From the IMG/VR virus record IMGVR_UViG_3300002026_000256, positions 1 to 64,000 of that record: a DNA stretch of 64,000 nt. The stretch is one strand, 5' to 3'. The notes beneath the pieces were generated by a model. It saw nothing but the letters and a program-made list of their open reading frames with translations. It was not told the origin of the DNA and did no database searches. Origin of the DNA: a virus (taxonomy: Duplodnaviria; Caudoviricetes). Both the position numbers and the translations under genes were made by a program. Shown in pieces: positions 10,584 to 19,814 of this stretch. Position 1 is the stretch's first letter; each line of letters begins with the position of its first letter.

Positions 10584-12341
10584 ATGGCAACAAATTCGCA
10601 GATTTACAATGAAGCTATGCCCCCGGCATACGCAACAGATCCACAAGACACTGGTTTTGGTGGAGAAACTTTCAATGCCGCTAAAGATTCACAGATTTAC
10701 AATGAAGCTATGCCCCCAGCATACGAAACAGATCCACAAGACACTGGGTTTGCTTCTGAAACTTTTAATGCTGCTAAAGATTCACAAATTTACAACGAGT
10801 CTCTACCACCTGCGTATGCAGTAGACCCGCAGGATACTAACTACGGAGCAGATTCATTTAGTCCGTCTAAAGATTCTCAAGCATATAATTATGATCAAGG
10901 TGCAGATACGCCGTCAGAGTTTAATGCTGCTAAAGATTCTCAGCTTTACAATTTATCAGAAGAATCAGCGTCGAATAGTTCGTATACTGTAAGGCGTGGA
11001 TCTAGCTCATCAAGTGCTCAGCCAGGTGTGTTACGTGACTATCAACATGCTGAACAATTATTTGTTGGGGACATGGGTAGAGGACAAGGAACGTATGCTT
11101 ATGCACCGAAGTTTGCGTTTATGTTTCATTTGTTTTTTGATTTCCTTGGAGGTACAGGAGATCAAACAATAGGTATGCTTGCTAAACAATGTTCGCTTCC
11201 TAAACTAACGTTTGATACTAAAACAATGAATAACTATAACAGGCCGTATATTATTCAAACAAAAGTTAGGTACGATCCAATAAATATAACCTTTCATGAT
11301 GATAATTCAGATGCAGTACGAAAATTTTTGTATGATTACTATTCGTATTACTATGCTGACCCAAGCGGATTAGATTGGGGATACCGTGGAAACACTAAAG
11401 ATGGATTTTTGTCTAGTATTAGAATTTACAGTTTAACTAAGGGAAAATTCAGTGAGTATACACTAATTAATCCAATTATTAAAAATTACGCAAATGGTGA
11501 TCATAATTCATATGAATCAGCTGGCATTATGCAACACCAAATGACTGTTGAATATGAAGGTATATTACTTAAAGGCGGCACAACCTCACAATCTACAGTT
11601 AAGGGATTTGCTAACCTGCATTACGATCGTACTACGTCTCCACATGGTATGCCAGCTCCATATCCTGGCGGTGATAATACTGGCAGCGGTAGTGGGCAAA
11701 ACGATTATGTTATGTACCGCCCAGGATTATACGACAAGATAGTAAATTCAATATATGACAATCCAGCAGGTAAGGCAGCGGCAGAGGCAGTTAACTTGTT
11801 ATCTATTTTGCAACGTGGAATTAGATCTGCTACACAAGTGATTGACTCAGCTGGCAATGCAGTAGATGCTTTTTCAAATGGCGACGTTGCTGGCGGATTA
11901 TTCAGCACTGCTGATGCAATTGCTTCTGCAGGTAGACTTGCAGCAAGTGCAGAATCTGGTTTGTCTAAGTTAGGGTCTACAAATATTGGTCAAACTTTAA
12001 CGTCCTCGACTAATGCGTTTGCACCTGTTAGTATACCTAGTGTTGGCTCGTTTATGGCTAGCGTCGGAAGTACAGCTAACTCTATAACTGGTCCATCTGA
12101 AAATGGTATAAATGTGCTTCCATTGACTGGAATAAGCCCAGCAATGCCAGTTGGCGGGCTAGGAAGATTATCAGAAGAAGTGATGTCTTATGCTACGTCA
12201 TCTGATTCTTCAGATACATTAATGTATAACAATGTATCAAACATTCAACAATCTATGCCTGATGACATGATAACAAATACTAACGCAGTGCAAGTAGATT
12301 CAGTTGATGCTACTAGAACAATTGGAACATCCTACGCATAA
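10584..12341 (+). CDS. Tail-tube-like baseplate protein (gp48/gp54-like) with N-terminal repeats
   Basis: Central APKFAFMFH..LAKQCSLPK..YNR..IQTKVRYDPINITFHDDN..F..IRIYSL..YTLINPII..H..MTVEYE tube-fold pattern. Confidence 0.65.
   Translation: MATNSQIYNEAMPPAYATDPQDTGFGGETFNAAKDSQIYNEAMPPAYETDPQDTGFASETFNAAKDSQIYNESLPPAYAVDPQDTNYGADSFSPSKDSQAYNYDQGADTPSEFNAAKDSQLYNLSEESASNSSYTVRRGSSSSSAQPGVLRDYQHAEQLFVGDMGRGQGTYAYAPKFAFMFHLFFDFLGGTGDQTIGMLAKQCSLPKLTFDTKTMNNYNRPYIIQTKVRYDPINITFHDDNSDAVRKFLYDYYSYYYADPSGLDWGYRGNTKDGFLSSIRIYSLTKGKFSEYTLINPIIKNYANGDHNSYESAGIMQHQMTVEYEGILLKGGTTSQSTVKGFANLHYDRTTSPHGMPAPYPGGDNTGSGSGQNDYVMYRPGLYDKIVNSIYDNPAGKAAAEAVNLLSILQRGIRSATQVIDSAGNAVDAFSNGDVAGGLFSTADAIASAGRLAASAESGLSKLGSTNIGQTLTSSTNAFAPVSIPSVGSFMASVGSTANSITGPSENGINVLPLTGISPAMPVGGLGRLSEEVMSYATSSDSSDTLMYNNVSNIQQSMPDDMITNTNAVQVDSVDATRTIGTSYA
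10596..10950 (+). repeat. In-frame 93-bp (31-aa) tandem repeats
   Basis: SQIYNEAMPPAYxTDPQDTGFxxETFNAAKD twice, a diverged third copy and a shortened fourth. Confidence 0.9.
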
Positions 12342-12346
12342 TTATT

Positions 12347-12709
12347 ATGACACAAATAAACAATTTAGACTCTATCAAACGTGATATAACGACTGCTTAT
12401 TTTAATAACTTGTCGAATTTAAAATACGATGTGCCGCAAGATTTAAATGATACTATTGTTGGGTACTTTGAAAAAATTACAATGACTAAAGATAGTGCAA
12501 GAGCGTTAGCGGGCGCACTTATACATACAGCTAACGCACAAAATATAGACCCTATGATAATTTTACATAAATTTATGACAATGCAAGGCACTGAGTTAAC
12601 TGCCTACCTTGCAATGTTTTTGAATCTTAACCGCATTAATACAAGTATGCTTGGGGTTAGCAATGCACCAATGGCAAACAAATACATAGCACGAACTATA
12701 ATTTCATAA
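12347..12709 (+). CDS. Hypothetical virion/baseplate protein
   Basis: 120-aa ORF tightly packed in the structural operon. Confidence 0.65.
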   Translation: MTQINNLDSIKRDITTAYFNNLSNLKYDVPQDLNDTIVGYFEKITMTKDSARALAGALIHTANAQNIDPMIILHKFMTMQGTELTAYLAMFLNLNRINTSMLGVSNAPMANKYIARTIIS

Positions 12710-12710
12710 T

Positions 12711-13148
12711 ATGACAACTAAATTTTCACAGGGGATTTTTAAACCCAAAAACCCAGAAAAGTATGTGGGTAACAGATCTCCTCGATATAGAAGCTCATGG
12801 GAATTAGCATTCTTTACATTCTGTGACAATCATCCAAGTGTAATGCAATGGGCAAGTGAAGCAGTAAGAATACCATACCGTAACCCGTTAACTGGAAAGA
12901 ATACAACGTATGTGCCTGATGTGTTTGTAGTTTACAAAGATGCAAAAGGTCAAAACCACGCTGAACTAATTGAGATTAAGCCATCAAAAGAAGTAAATAT
13001 GGATGGTGCTAAAAGCTTACGTGATCGAGCCGCAGTTGCAGTTAACATGGCAAAATGGATGCAAGCTAGGGCTTGGTGCGGTAGAAATCATATTCAGTTT
13101 CGTGTAGTGACTGAAAAAGATTTGTTTGCTGGCGGCGGCCGCAAATAA
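12711..13148 (+). CDS. Head completion nuclease (T4 gp4-like, TnsA-like PD-(D/E)XK)
   Basis: QG.FKPKNPEKY.G..YRSSWE..F..CD.HP.V.QWASE..IPY..Y.PD.F..EIKP..N.AKW.A..WC. Confidence 0.85.
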   Translation: MTTKFSQGIFKPKNPEKYVGNRSPRYRSSWELAFFTFCDNHPSVMQWASEAVRIPYRNPLTGKNTTYVPDVFVVYKDAKGQNHAELIEIKPSKEVNMDGAKSLRDRAAVAVNMAKWMQARAWCGRNHIQFRVVTEKDLFAGGGRK

Positions 13149-13163
13149 CATAGGAGAATTATT

Positions 13164-13661
13164 ATTACTCGCAAATTAGAAGAACTCTTTGGCTTGCCAC
13201 CTGCAGATGTACTTGGGCAACCAACGTCAGTTGATGACGAGGAAGCTATTGCTCAAGAACAAGCGGACATTGAAGAAACCAAAAGCAAGTTGGCTGAAGT
13301 TGATGCAGCAATTGATAAAATTGATGAAGCGTTACCAACTGTTCGCGACTTAGATGCTAGCGATAAGGAAATGGATGAGTTGGCTGATTTAGCAAAAAAC
13401 ACGTTTACAGACTTAATAGATTTAAGTATGAACGTAGAGCCAAGGTTTAGCGGTCCTATATTACAATCCGCATCTATGTTGTTGGGCCACGCCATTACAG
13501 CAAGAATGGCCAAGATGGATAAAAAATTAAAAATGGTTGACTTACAGCTTAAAAAAGCACGATTGGACCAACAAGCAGAAAAAAATAATGCTGGACAATC
13601 AACAGCAATTGAGGGGAAGGGTATGGTAGTCAAAAAACTGATAAATAACACTAAGACCTAG
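13164..13661 (+). CDS. Putative terminase small subunit-like / coiled-coil phage protein
   Basis: Frame is open from ATT at 13164 (TRKLEELFGLP) after AGGAG; helical DKKLKMVDLQLKK; the functional label is recall only. Confidence 0.45.
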   Translation: MTRKLEELFGLPPADVLGQPTSVDDEEAIAQEQADIEETKSKLAEVDAAIDKIDEALPTVRDLDASDKEMDELADLAKNTFTDLIDLSMNVEPRFSGPILQSASMLLGHAITARMAKMDKKLKMVDLQLKKARLDQQAEKNNAGQSTAIEGKGMVVKKLINNTKT

Positions 13662-13671
13662 GATTATTACT

Positions 13672-14228
13672 ATGATTAAACAGTTTACGCAGTATTTACT
13701 TGAAAGCGAAGAAAAAACTTACGATTTTAAGATTAAACTTGCAGACTTAGAAACAACAAATGAAGTGCTTGACCAAATTGAGCATGCACTTAATGCGTTT
13801 GAGGTATCAACAATTAGCAAACCTAAGCGATTGCCTATTTGCAACAAATCGCCTGAGTTTCCTAGAAATACCCATGTAACGATGCACAGGTGTTGCAGGC
13901 ATTGCTAACACACGGTAGATTGCCAGCAGGTAGAGTGAAAGTGGTTCCTAAAAATCAACCAGATGAAGAACTTGATTTGGATGACGAGAATCAAGATGAA
14001 ACAAAAAAGAAAGATGCAGTGTTAACTAAGGATTTGGAGACTGTTACAGGTGGTCAAGTCCAAGTAGGCCAGAAGCGTCTTGACAGTATGTTGAAGGAAC
14101 TTGAGACAGAACGCAAATCGTCTGATCGTGTAACTAAGTTTGAAAAAACTGAAAAAGTAGATACTAAGTCTACTAACGATCTTCCGCAAAATAATAAAAG
14201 CCCAGTGGCTAAGAAAGGTGTAAAATAA
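13672..14228 (+). pseudogene. Virion protein split by a frameshift near 13865
   Basis: Track ORFs 13672..13908 and 13890..14228 join as ..SPEFP / KYPCNDAQVLQALL..; no RBS before the GTG at 13890. Confidence 0.6.
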
Positions 14229-14229
14229 T

Positions 14230-17172
14230 ATGAAAGACATTTTAGCAAAATTAGCCGCGTTAGAAGGCCCAGCAAAAACAACTCTTACTGAAAATTCAGT
14301 TCAGGAAGCTGCCAAGTGGCGTCAAGGGTATTCTGCCTCGGGGCATCCGCCAGGATTTAAGCATAAAAATGGTGAAGTTGGCCCAGTGGGTGGAACATAT
14401 ACTAATGAACCATCTGGATATGACGGCGAGACTAAAAAAGTCCCAGTGGACAAATATCGTAGTCAAGAAGATCAATTGAATGGACGCGATTTAACTAAGT
14501 TGTCAACTGGTGGGAAACCATTGCAGCCTAAGAACGCGCAGAAAAATCTAAAAGCTGCCATTATACAATCTAAGGGTAAGCACGGCCCAGTTGGTAATTT
14601 GCCAGAGAGCGAAGAAAATAATAGACCAGCATTTGGGAAACGTGATTGGGAAGCAGAAGCAGAAGATAAACCACATGACAAATTCTTAGCATATAAAGCT
14701 AAGGGTGGCAAGTTGTCTCGGTCCCAGTGGGAAGAAGATCGTGCTAACGGTGCAGAAGAAGTTAACGAAATGTGGGGTGATTCAGATCATGCACCTGACA
14801 AAATGAGCAAAAGTGCTGAAGCAAAACATGTTGCAAAGTTAAAAGCAAGAAACATGCAAAAAAAGAAATCTGCCCCAACTAATAAAGATAATACAAATAA
14901 AAATCTTGATGAGGCTCCTAGTTTAGCTGCCATGGGCCATGCAGCAGAACGTGATTTTGCTGGATCAAATGAACGTCAACCAATACAACAATCTCCTGCG
15001 TCTCCACAATCACGTAAATGTTATATTGTGCAAAAAGGAACAAACAAAAAAATTGGGCAAGGTTACCCAGATTTTCGTGCTGCTACTATGGCAAGAGCAA
15101 AAATGCCAAATCCTGATCAATACTCGTTAGTTAAAGAAGACGGAACTCGAATTTCTGAAAAACAATTAACTGAATTGAGCAAACATACATTGGGTAGCTA
15201 TGCCAAGAAATCAAATGCTGCCCGCAGCAATGCTAGTATGGATGATGGCAAAGCAGATCGTCGTGGCACTGGTGTTATGAAGTCGTTGGATAAATTAGCT
15301 GGCAAGAAAGCTGGTACACTTAAAGGTAAAGCAGTTACCGCACGGTGGGATGCAGCACAAAAATCACCTAACGCCGCTGTTAGTAAAGCAAAATTTGACA
15401 AGAGTGTTGACAAAGCAGTTGGAGAAAGTAGAGTGCAGCGCCGTCGCTCGTTTGCTATTATTGTCGAGGGTGTAAAATTTAACGTAAGTGATTCTGGACT
15501 TGCAAAAGTATTAAAGCGTTTCCCGCATGAAGTAGCAACTTTTAAAGACGGCGGAGATATGGGCGATCATCTATATGACGCTCTCTACGATCATTACTGT
15601 AACAATGGTGAAATGCCATACGGAACTATGAAGGCTCGTGATGGCGATCCATACGAATGGGTATCACAAAAATTAGACCAAGAATTGTCATACGACACTG
15701 GTTTGTCTGAAGGAACAGATAATGTAAACCCAGAATTGCAGTCTATATTAGACAAATATCCTCATGAAGCAAAACAGTTCACTGAGTTTGGTGAGATGGA
15801 TGATGGCCCAATGTATGAGGAATTTTACGATCACTATTTAAATGCTGGTGAAATGCCGTATGGTATTGCTAAAGCCCGCACTGGTGATCCAGTTCAATGG
15901 GTGGCTGAACAATTAGAGAAAGACTTGGGGTTGTCAGATAACAGTGCGCCCGAATTTGACTCAGCAAGGGAATTATCTAGCCATGAACGGTTTACCCCAG
16001 AGGGGGTGGCTGGTGACATTATGCCAGAAGCAAGTAATTTTGATGGCGATTACAGCGATGAAGCGTTGGGAATTGGTGCAGATGACTCAGACAGTGACGA
16101 AGATTATACAGATTATTCAATGAGACAAGGTGAGATGGGTAATCCAGATCGTATGCAGTCATTGAATGATGAAAGCGTTGATCCAGACATGGACCCAAGC
16201 GATGACTTGTTAACTGAAACTGATCCTGCAGAAATTACTAGCACGTTAACTGAGTTAGGACTAGATGAAGGATTAGACTTTTTCTTTGATGGTGGAGATC
16301 TAGTAGCAATTGGAAGATCAACAGCCCGTGTAATAATGAATGCGTTAACAGCGAGCGGCACTGCCTCTTCAATTAGTAATATAGATGGTGAAGAAGTGCA
16401 CATTAAACTTGGCAACTCCCCTGACCTTGAGGAAGCATCGTTGGGTGATGACTTTATGTCAATGATTAACGGTATGAAAAACAAAGACGGATCACAAAGG
16501 TTCCCAGGTGCACGAATTGTAACTCAAGATCAAAAGCGTCAAGAAAGAGCAGAGTTAGATGCTAAACGTGCTGCTGATGCTGCCGCTCGTCCGCCTTCTA
16601 CAGGACCAGGTCCAGACTTGTATGGTAAAGATGGATGGAACAGTCAAGAGCAAGGTTATGGTTATGGACGCTATATGGGGGATAGTAAAATTAACACTAA
16701 GGCGCCTCTTAATGAAAATGTAAACATGAACATTACTGCTAGTGGTGAAGAAGATGTTCTTGGTATTATTCGCAAGCTAAGTGGATTAAGCGGAAATGCA
16801 GAGCCTGAAGCCCATAGCATTGAAGCAGAAGTAATTGCTGAGCCACAGCAAATGTCAATTCGTGACATGATGAGTATGTTGCATCAAGATGGACAAGATA
16901 TAGTAGACCCAACAGGTGGCGAAATTGGCGCTGGTCCAGAATCAGTTGAAGTTGAAGTTGAGGAAGATGAGTATGCTAACGCTCCAGATCCATCAGTGCA
17001 CACAAGTACTACTGATATGATTAACCAAGGCAATGATCTAAATCGTCCGAAAAAGCAATTTACTAGGGCTCAACCAGGAGACAATCCAATGGCAGCACAA
17101 ACGCCAATGCAAGAAACTAGAGAATTGCTAAAACAGTATGCATCTATATTAAAAGATTTGAGGACAAAATGA
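14230..17172 (+). CDS. Large acidic putative internal-head protein with internal duplication
   Basis: 980 aa; starts MKDILAKLAALE; two copies of PHE..F...G.M....Y.HY...GEMPYG..KAR.GDP..WV. Confidence 0.75.
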   Translation: MKDILAKLAALEGPAKTTLTENSVQEAAKWRQGYSASGHPPGFKHKNGEVGPVGGTYTNEPSGYDGETKKVPVDKYRSQEDQLNGRDLTKLSTGGKPLQPKNAQKNLKAAIIQSKGKHGPVGNLPESEENNRPAFGKRDWEAEAEDKPHDKFLAYKAKGGKLSRSQWEEDRANGAEEVNEMWGDSDHAPDKMSKSAEAKHVAKLKARNMQKKKSAPTNKDNTNKNLDEAPSLAAMGHAAERDFAGSNERQPIQQSPASPQSRKCYIVQKGTNKKIGQGYPDFRAATMARAKMPNPDQYSLVKEDGTRISEKQLTELSKHTLGSYAKKSNAARSNASMDDGKADRRGTGVMKSLDKLAGKKAGTLKGKAVTARWDAAQKSPNAAVSKAKFDKSVDKAVGESRVQRRRSFAIIVEGVKFNVSDSGLAKVLKRFPHEVATFKDGGDMGDHLYDALYDHYCNNGEMPYGTMKARDGDPYEWVSQKLDQELSYDTGLSEGTDNVNPELQSILDKYPHEAKQFTEFGEMDDGPMYEEFYDHYLNAGEMPYGIAKARTGDPVQWVAEQLEKDLGLSDNSAPEFDSARELSSHERFTPEGVAGDIMPEASNFDGDYSDEALGIGADDSDSDEDYTDYSMRQGEMGNPDRMQSLNDESVDPDMDPSDDLLTETDPAEITSTLTELGLDEGLDFFFDGGDLVAIGRSTARVIMNALTASGTASSISNIDGEEVHIKLGNSPDLEEASLGDDFMSMINGMKNKDGSQRFPGARIVTQDQKRQERAELDAKRAADAAARPPSTGPGPDLYGKDGWNSQEQGYGYGRYMGDSKINTKAPLNENVNMNITASGEEDVLGIIRKLSGLSGNAEPEAHSIEAEVIAEPQQMSIRDMMSMLHQDGQDIVDPTGGEIGAGPESVEVEVEEDEYANAPDPSVHTSTTDMINQGNDLNRPKKQFTRAQPGDNPMAAQTPMQETRELLKQYASILKDLRTK

Positions 17173-17570
17173 AATCATTAAAACACTTTTTACCAGAATC
17201 GTTTCTTAGGGAATTTGAAGAAGAGCCACACGATTCTATTAGTCCAGTCAATGGTGAGCAAGGAAGCGAGCAGCCAGATCCTAAAAAAATTGGGATTGAT
17301 GAAAATGCTGAGACATTAAACATCGGCGATCCGGTTATTATTGTTGGGAAGGGTATTGAATTTGAGGGCAAAACTGGGGATATATACGACTTTGGTCAAG
17401 ACAAACGGTTTGTAATAGTAAATTTATACAATCACGGAAAGCATAGTTTTCATTCTTCCGATGTTGAATACAACGACTATGATGGCGACGAAGAAAATAG
17501 CGAGTTTAACGATGATACTGCAGAAGATGATCGTGAACTTGCTAACTTGCGTAGACTTAGCGGATACTAA
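17169..17570 (+). CDS. Hypothetical virion protein (SH3/KOW-like core)
   Basis: IGDPVIIVGKG..GKTG.I; ends LRRLSGY. Confidence 0.65.
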   Translation: MKSLKHFLPESFLREFEEEPHDSISPVNGEQGSEQPDPKKIGIDENAETLNIGDPVIIVGKGIEFEGKTGDIYDFGQDKRFVIVNLYNHGKHSFHSSDVEYNDYDGDEENSEFNDDTAEDDRELANLRRLSGY

Positions 17571-17571
17571 A

Positions 17572-17661
17572 ATGACTGACCCTATACCTAATAATCCGTA
17601 TCCGGTGTATCCGGAAGATGATGGGTATGATAAACCAATTAACCCATATTCACCTGTATGA
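17572..17661 (+). CDS. 29-aa Pro/Tyr-rich peptide
   Basis: MTDPIPNNPYPVYPEDDGYDKPINPYSPV; exactly fills the gap and overlaps the next ATG (ATGA). Confidence 0.5.
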   Translation: MTDPIPNNPYPVYPEDDGYDKPINPYSPV

Positions 17662-18020
17662 GAGCTACTGAATTTATTACCGAATCAGCAGAGAGCAAAA
17701 TGCATGACTGGCATCAGCGTTGCATCGGTGGGATGCGAGCTATGCCAGACACTAACCAATTTTATGATCTATATCGATTTGGAATGGCAATGGCAAGTGC
17801 TGGTAGAGATAATTCAATAATTGGGGACGCTTATGGGCTAACTGGTGACAATCCTACCACTCTAAGCTATACAGACGGCGATGAAAAAATTGTAGATGCT
17901 GCACTAAAGAAATTGGGTAAAACATCTAAGCGTATTACTACACGAAAAAGCGAAGAGCCAACAGATACAAATCACACAAGCCCAATGCAAGCACAAGGTC
18001 CAGTAAGGAGAAAGAAATGA
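17658..18020 (+). CDS. Hypothetical virion protein
   Basis: Starts MRATEFITE, capsid-targeting-like. Confidence 0.7.
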   Translation: MRATEFITESAESKMHDWHQRCIGGMRAMPDTNQFYDLYRFGMAMASAGRDNSIIGDAYGLTGDNPTTLSYTDGDEKIVDAALKKLGKTSKRITTRKSEEPTDTNHTSPMQAQGPVRRKK

Positions 18021-18235
18021 CTAACTATAGAATAACAACAGCGGACTTCATGACTCCTGGAGACACGGGCGATGCAGATGCGATCATTGATCAATTTGAT
18101 TTAGCACAGATTAAAAAAATGGCTGGTATATCTGGCTTAATGCAATCTGCAATTACTAATGGGCCTACTCCTAAGGCAATACCATCGCCATTACGTGAAG
18201 TAAAGTTTGAATCATCTAAGAAGATGGTGATTTAA
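18017..18235 (+). CDS. Hypothetical protein
   Basis: 72 aa, coupled to both neighbours; IKKMAGI motif. Confidence 0.6.
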   Translation: MTNYRITTADFMTPGDTGDADAIIDQFDLAQIKKMAGISGLMQSAITNGPTPKAIPSPLREVKFESSKKMVI

Positions 18236-19788
18236 TGGGGTTAGAAAATGTTCTCATTAAATCCGCGAACAAACCTGAATTTTTCTCAGAGGAACATTTA
18301 GCGGCATTTATGAAATGTGCAGACCCTAACACTGGGTATGCATATTTTATGGAGAACTTTTTCTTTATACAGCATCCCACTAAGGGAAAATTGTTATACC
18401 AACCGTTCCAGTACCAGAAGGAACTTGCGTATTCGTACCACAACTATCGGTTTAGTATTAATTTACTGTCGCGGCAACTTGGCAAAACGACAACGGCCGC
18501 AGGATATTTGCTTTGGCGAGCAATGTTTATGCCAGACAGTACAATTTTAGTTGCTGCACACAAATACACAGGTTCTCAAGAAATTATGCAGCGTATTCGT
18601 TATGCATATGAGTCAGTACCAAATCACATTAGGGCTGGGGTAGTTAGCTACAACAAAGGTAGCATTGATTTTGAAAACGGTTCGCGGATTATATCTGCAA
18701 CAACAACTGAAAACACTGGACGGGGTTTATCTATCTCGTTACTGTATTGTGATGAGTTTGCGTTCGTTAGAAATACTATAGCAAAAGAGTTTTGGACTTC
18801 CATCTCACCAACTTTAGCAACTGGTGGTAAAGCAATTATTACGTCAACTCCAAATTCAGATGAAGATCAGTTCTGGGAATTATGGTTGGGTGCAAACAAA
18901 ACTATAGACGAATTTGGCAACCAAACACCGTTGGGCGCAAACGGTTTTAAAGCATACAAAGCGTTGTGGACACAGCATCCTGATCGTGATGAGCAATGGG
19001 CTAAGGACGAATTAGGAAGAATTGGCCAAGAGCGTTTTAATCGTGAACATCAATGCGAACCTATCGTGTTTGAAGAGACGTTGATTAGTGCAATGCATTT
19101 GGCGCAAATGGAAGGCATTGATCCTATAGAGAAGCAAGGGCAAGTTCGGTGGTTTAAAAAGCCAAAGAAAGGAAACACCTATCTAATTGGATTAGACCCA
19201 AGTCTTGGTACTGGTGGAGACTTTGCAGCAATGCAAATATTTGAATTGCCTACATTTGAACAAGTAGGTGAGTGGCAACATAATAAGACACCAATCCAAG
19301 CGCAAATCCGTATTATGCGTGAAATTATAAGTTACTTATATGATATTGTAGGAACAGAGAACAATATTTACTACAGCGTTGAAAACAATGGGTTAGGCGA
19401 AGCCGCGTTAATTGCTATATCTGAAATTGGAGAAGAGAACATCCGTGGAATCTTCTTATCAGAATCGAAACGACCGGGCGTTATGCGTGGACGCAAAGGT
19501 TTTACGACAACTAACACATCTAAAATAACAGTTTGTGCAAAATTTAAACAACTAGTAGAAAACAAAAAACTAAAAATACATAGCAAAAATTTAATTAGTG
19601 AGTTAAAAACATTTGTTGCAGTTGGTAACACGTTTAATGCTAGAGTGGGTGATACGGATGATTTAGTGTCAGCTGCATTGTTGGTTACTCGGATGATGCA
19701 AGGAATGCAAAACTATGATGCGGACATCGACACTCATATGCGTGACTTAGAAGAATTTGTAGCTCCGCTGCCGTTTATGATGGCATAA
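18235..19788 (+). CDS. terL: Terminase large subunit (gp17-like)
   Basis: SRQLGKTT Walker A, LLYCDEFAF Walker B, ITSTPN, GLDPSLGTGGD nuclease motif, DDLV. Confidence 0.95.
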   Translation: MGLENVLIKSANKPEFFSEEHLAAFMKCADPNTGYAYFMENFFFIQHPTKGKLLYQPFQYQKELAYSYHNYRFSINLLSRQLGKTTTAAGYLLWRAMFMPDSTILVAAHKYTGSQEIMQRIRYAYESVPNHIRAGVVSYNKGSIDFENGSRIISATTTENTGRGLSISLLYCDEFAFVRNTIAKEFWTSISPTLATGGKAIITSTPNSDEDQFWELWLGANKTIDEFGNQTPLGANGFKAYKALWTQHPDRDEQWAKDELGRIGQERFNREHQCEPIVFEETLISAMHLAQMEGIDPIEKQGQVRWFKKPKKGNTYLIGLDPSLGTGGDFAAMQIFELPTFEQVGEWQHNKTPIQAQIRIMREIISYLYDIVGTENNIYYSVENNGLGEAALIAISEIGEENIRGIFLSESKRPGVMRGRKGFTTTNTSKITVCAKFKQLVENKKLKIHSKNLISELKTFVAVGNTFNARVGDTDDLVSAALLVTRMMQGMQNYDADIDTHMRDLEEFVAPLPFMMA

Positions 19789-19814
19789 ATATAACATACC
19801 TTGGATTACATTAA

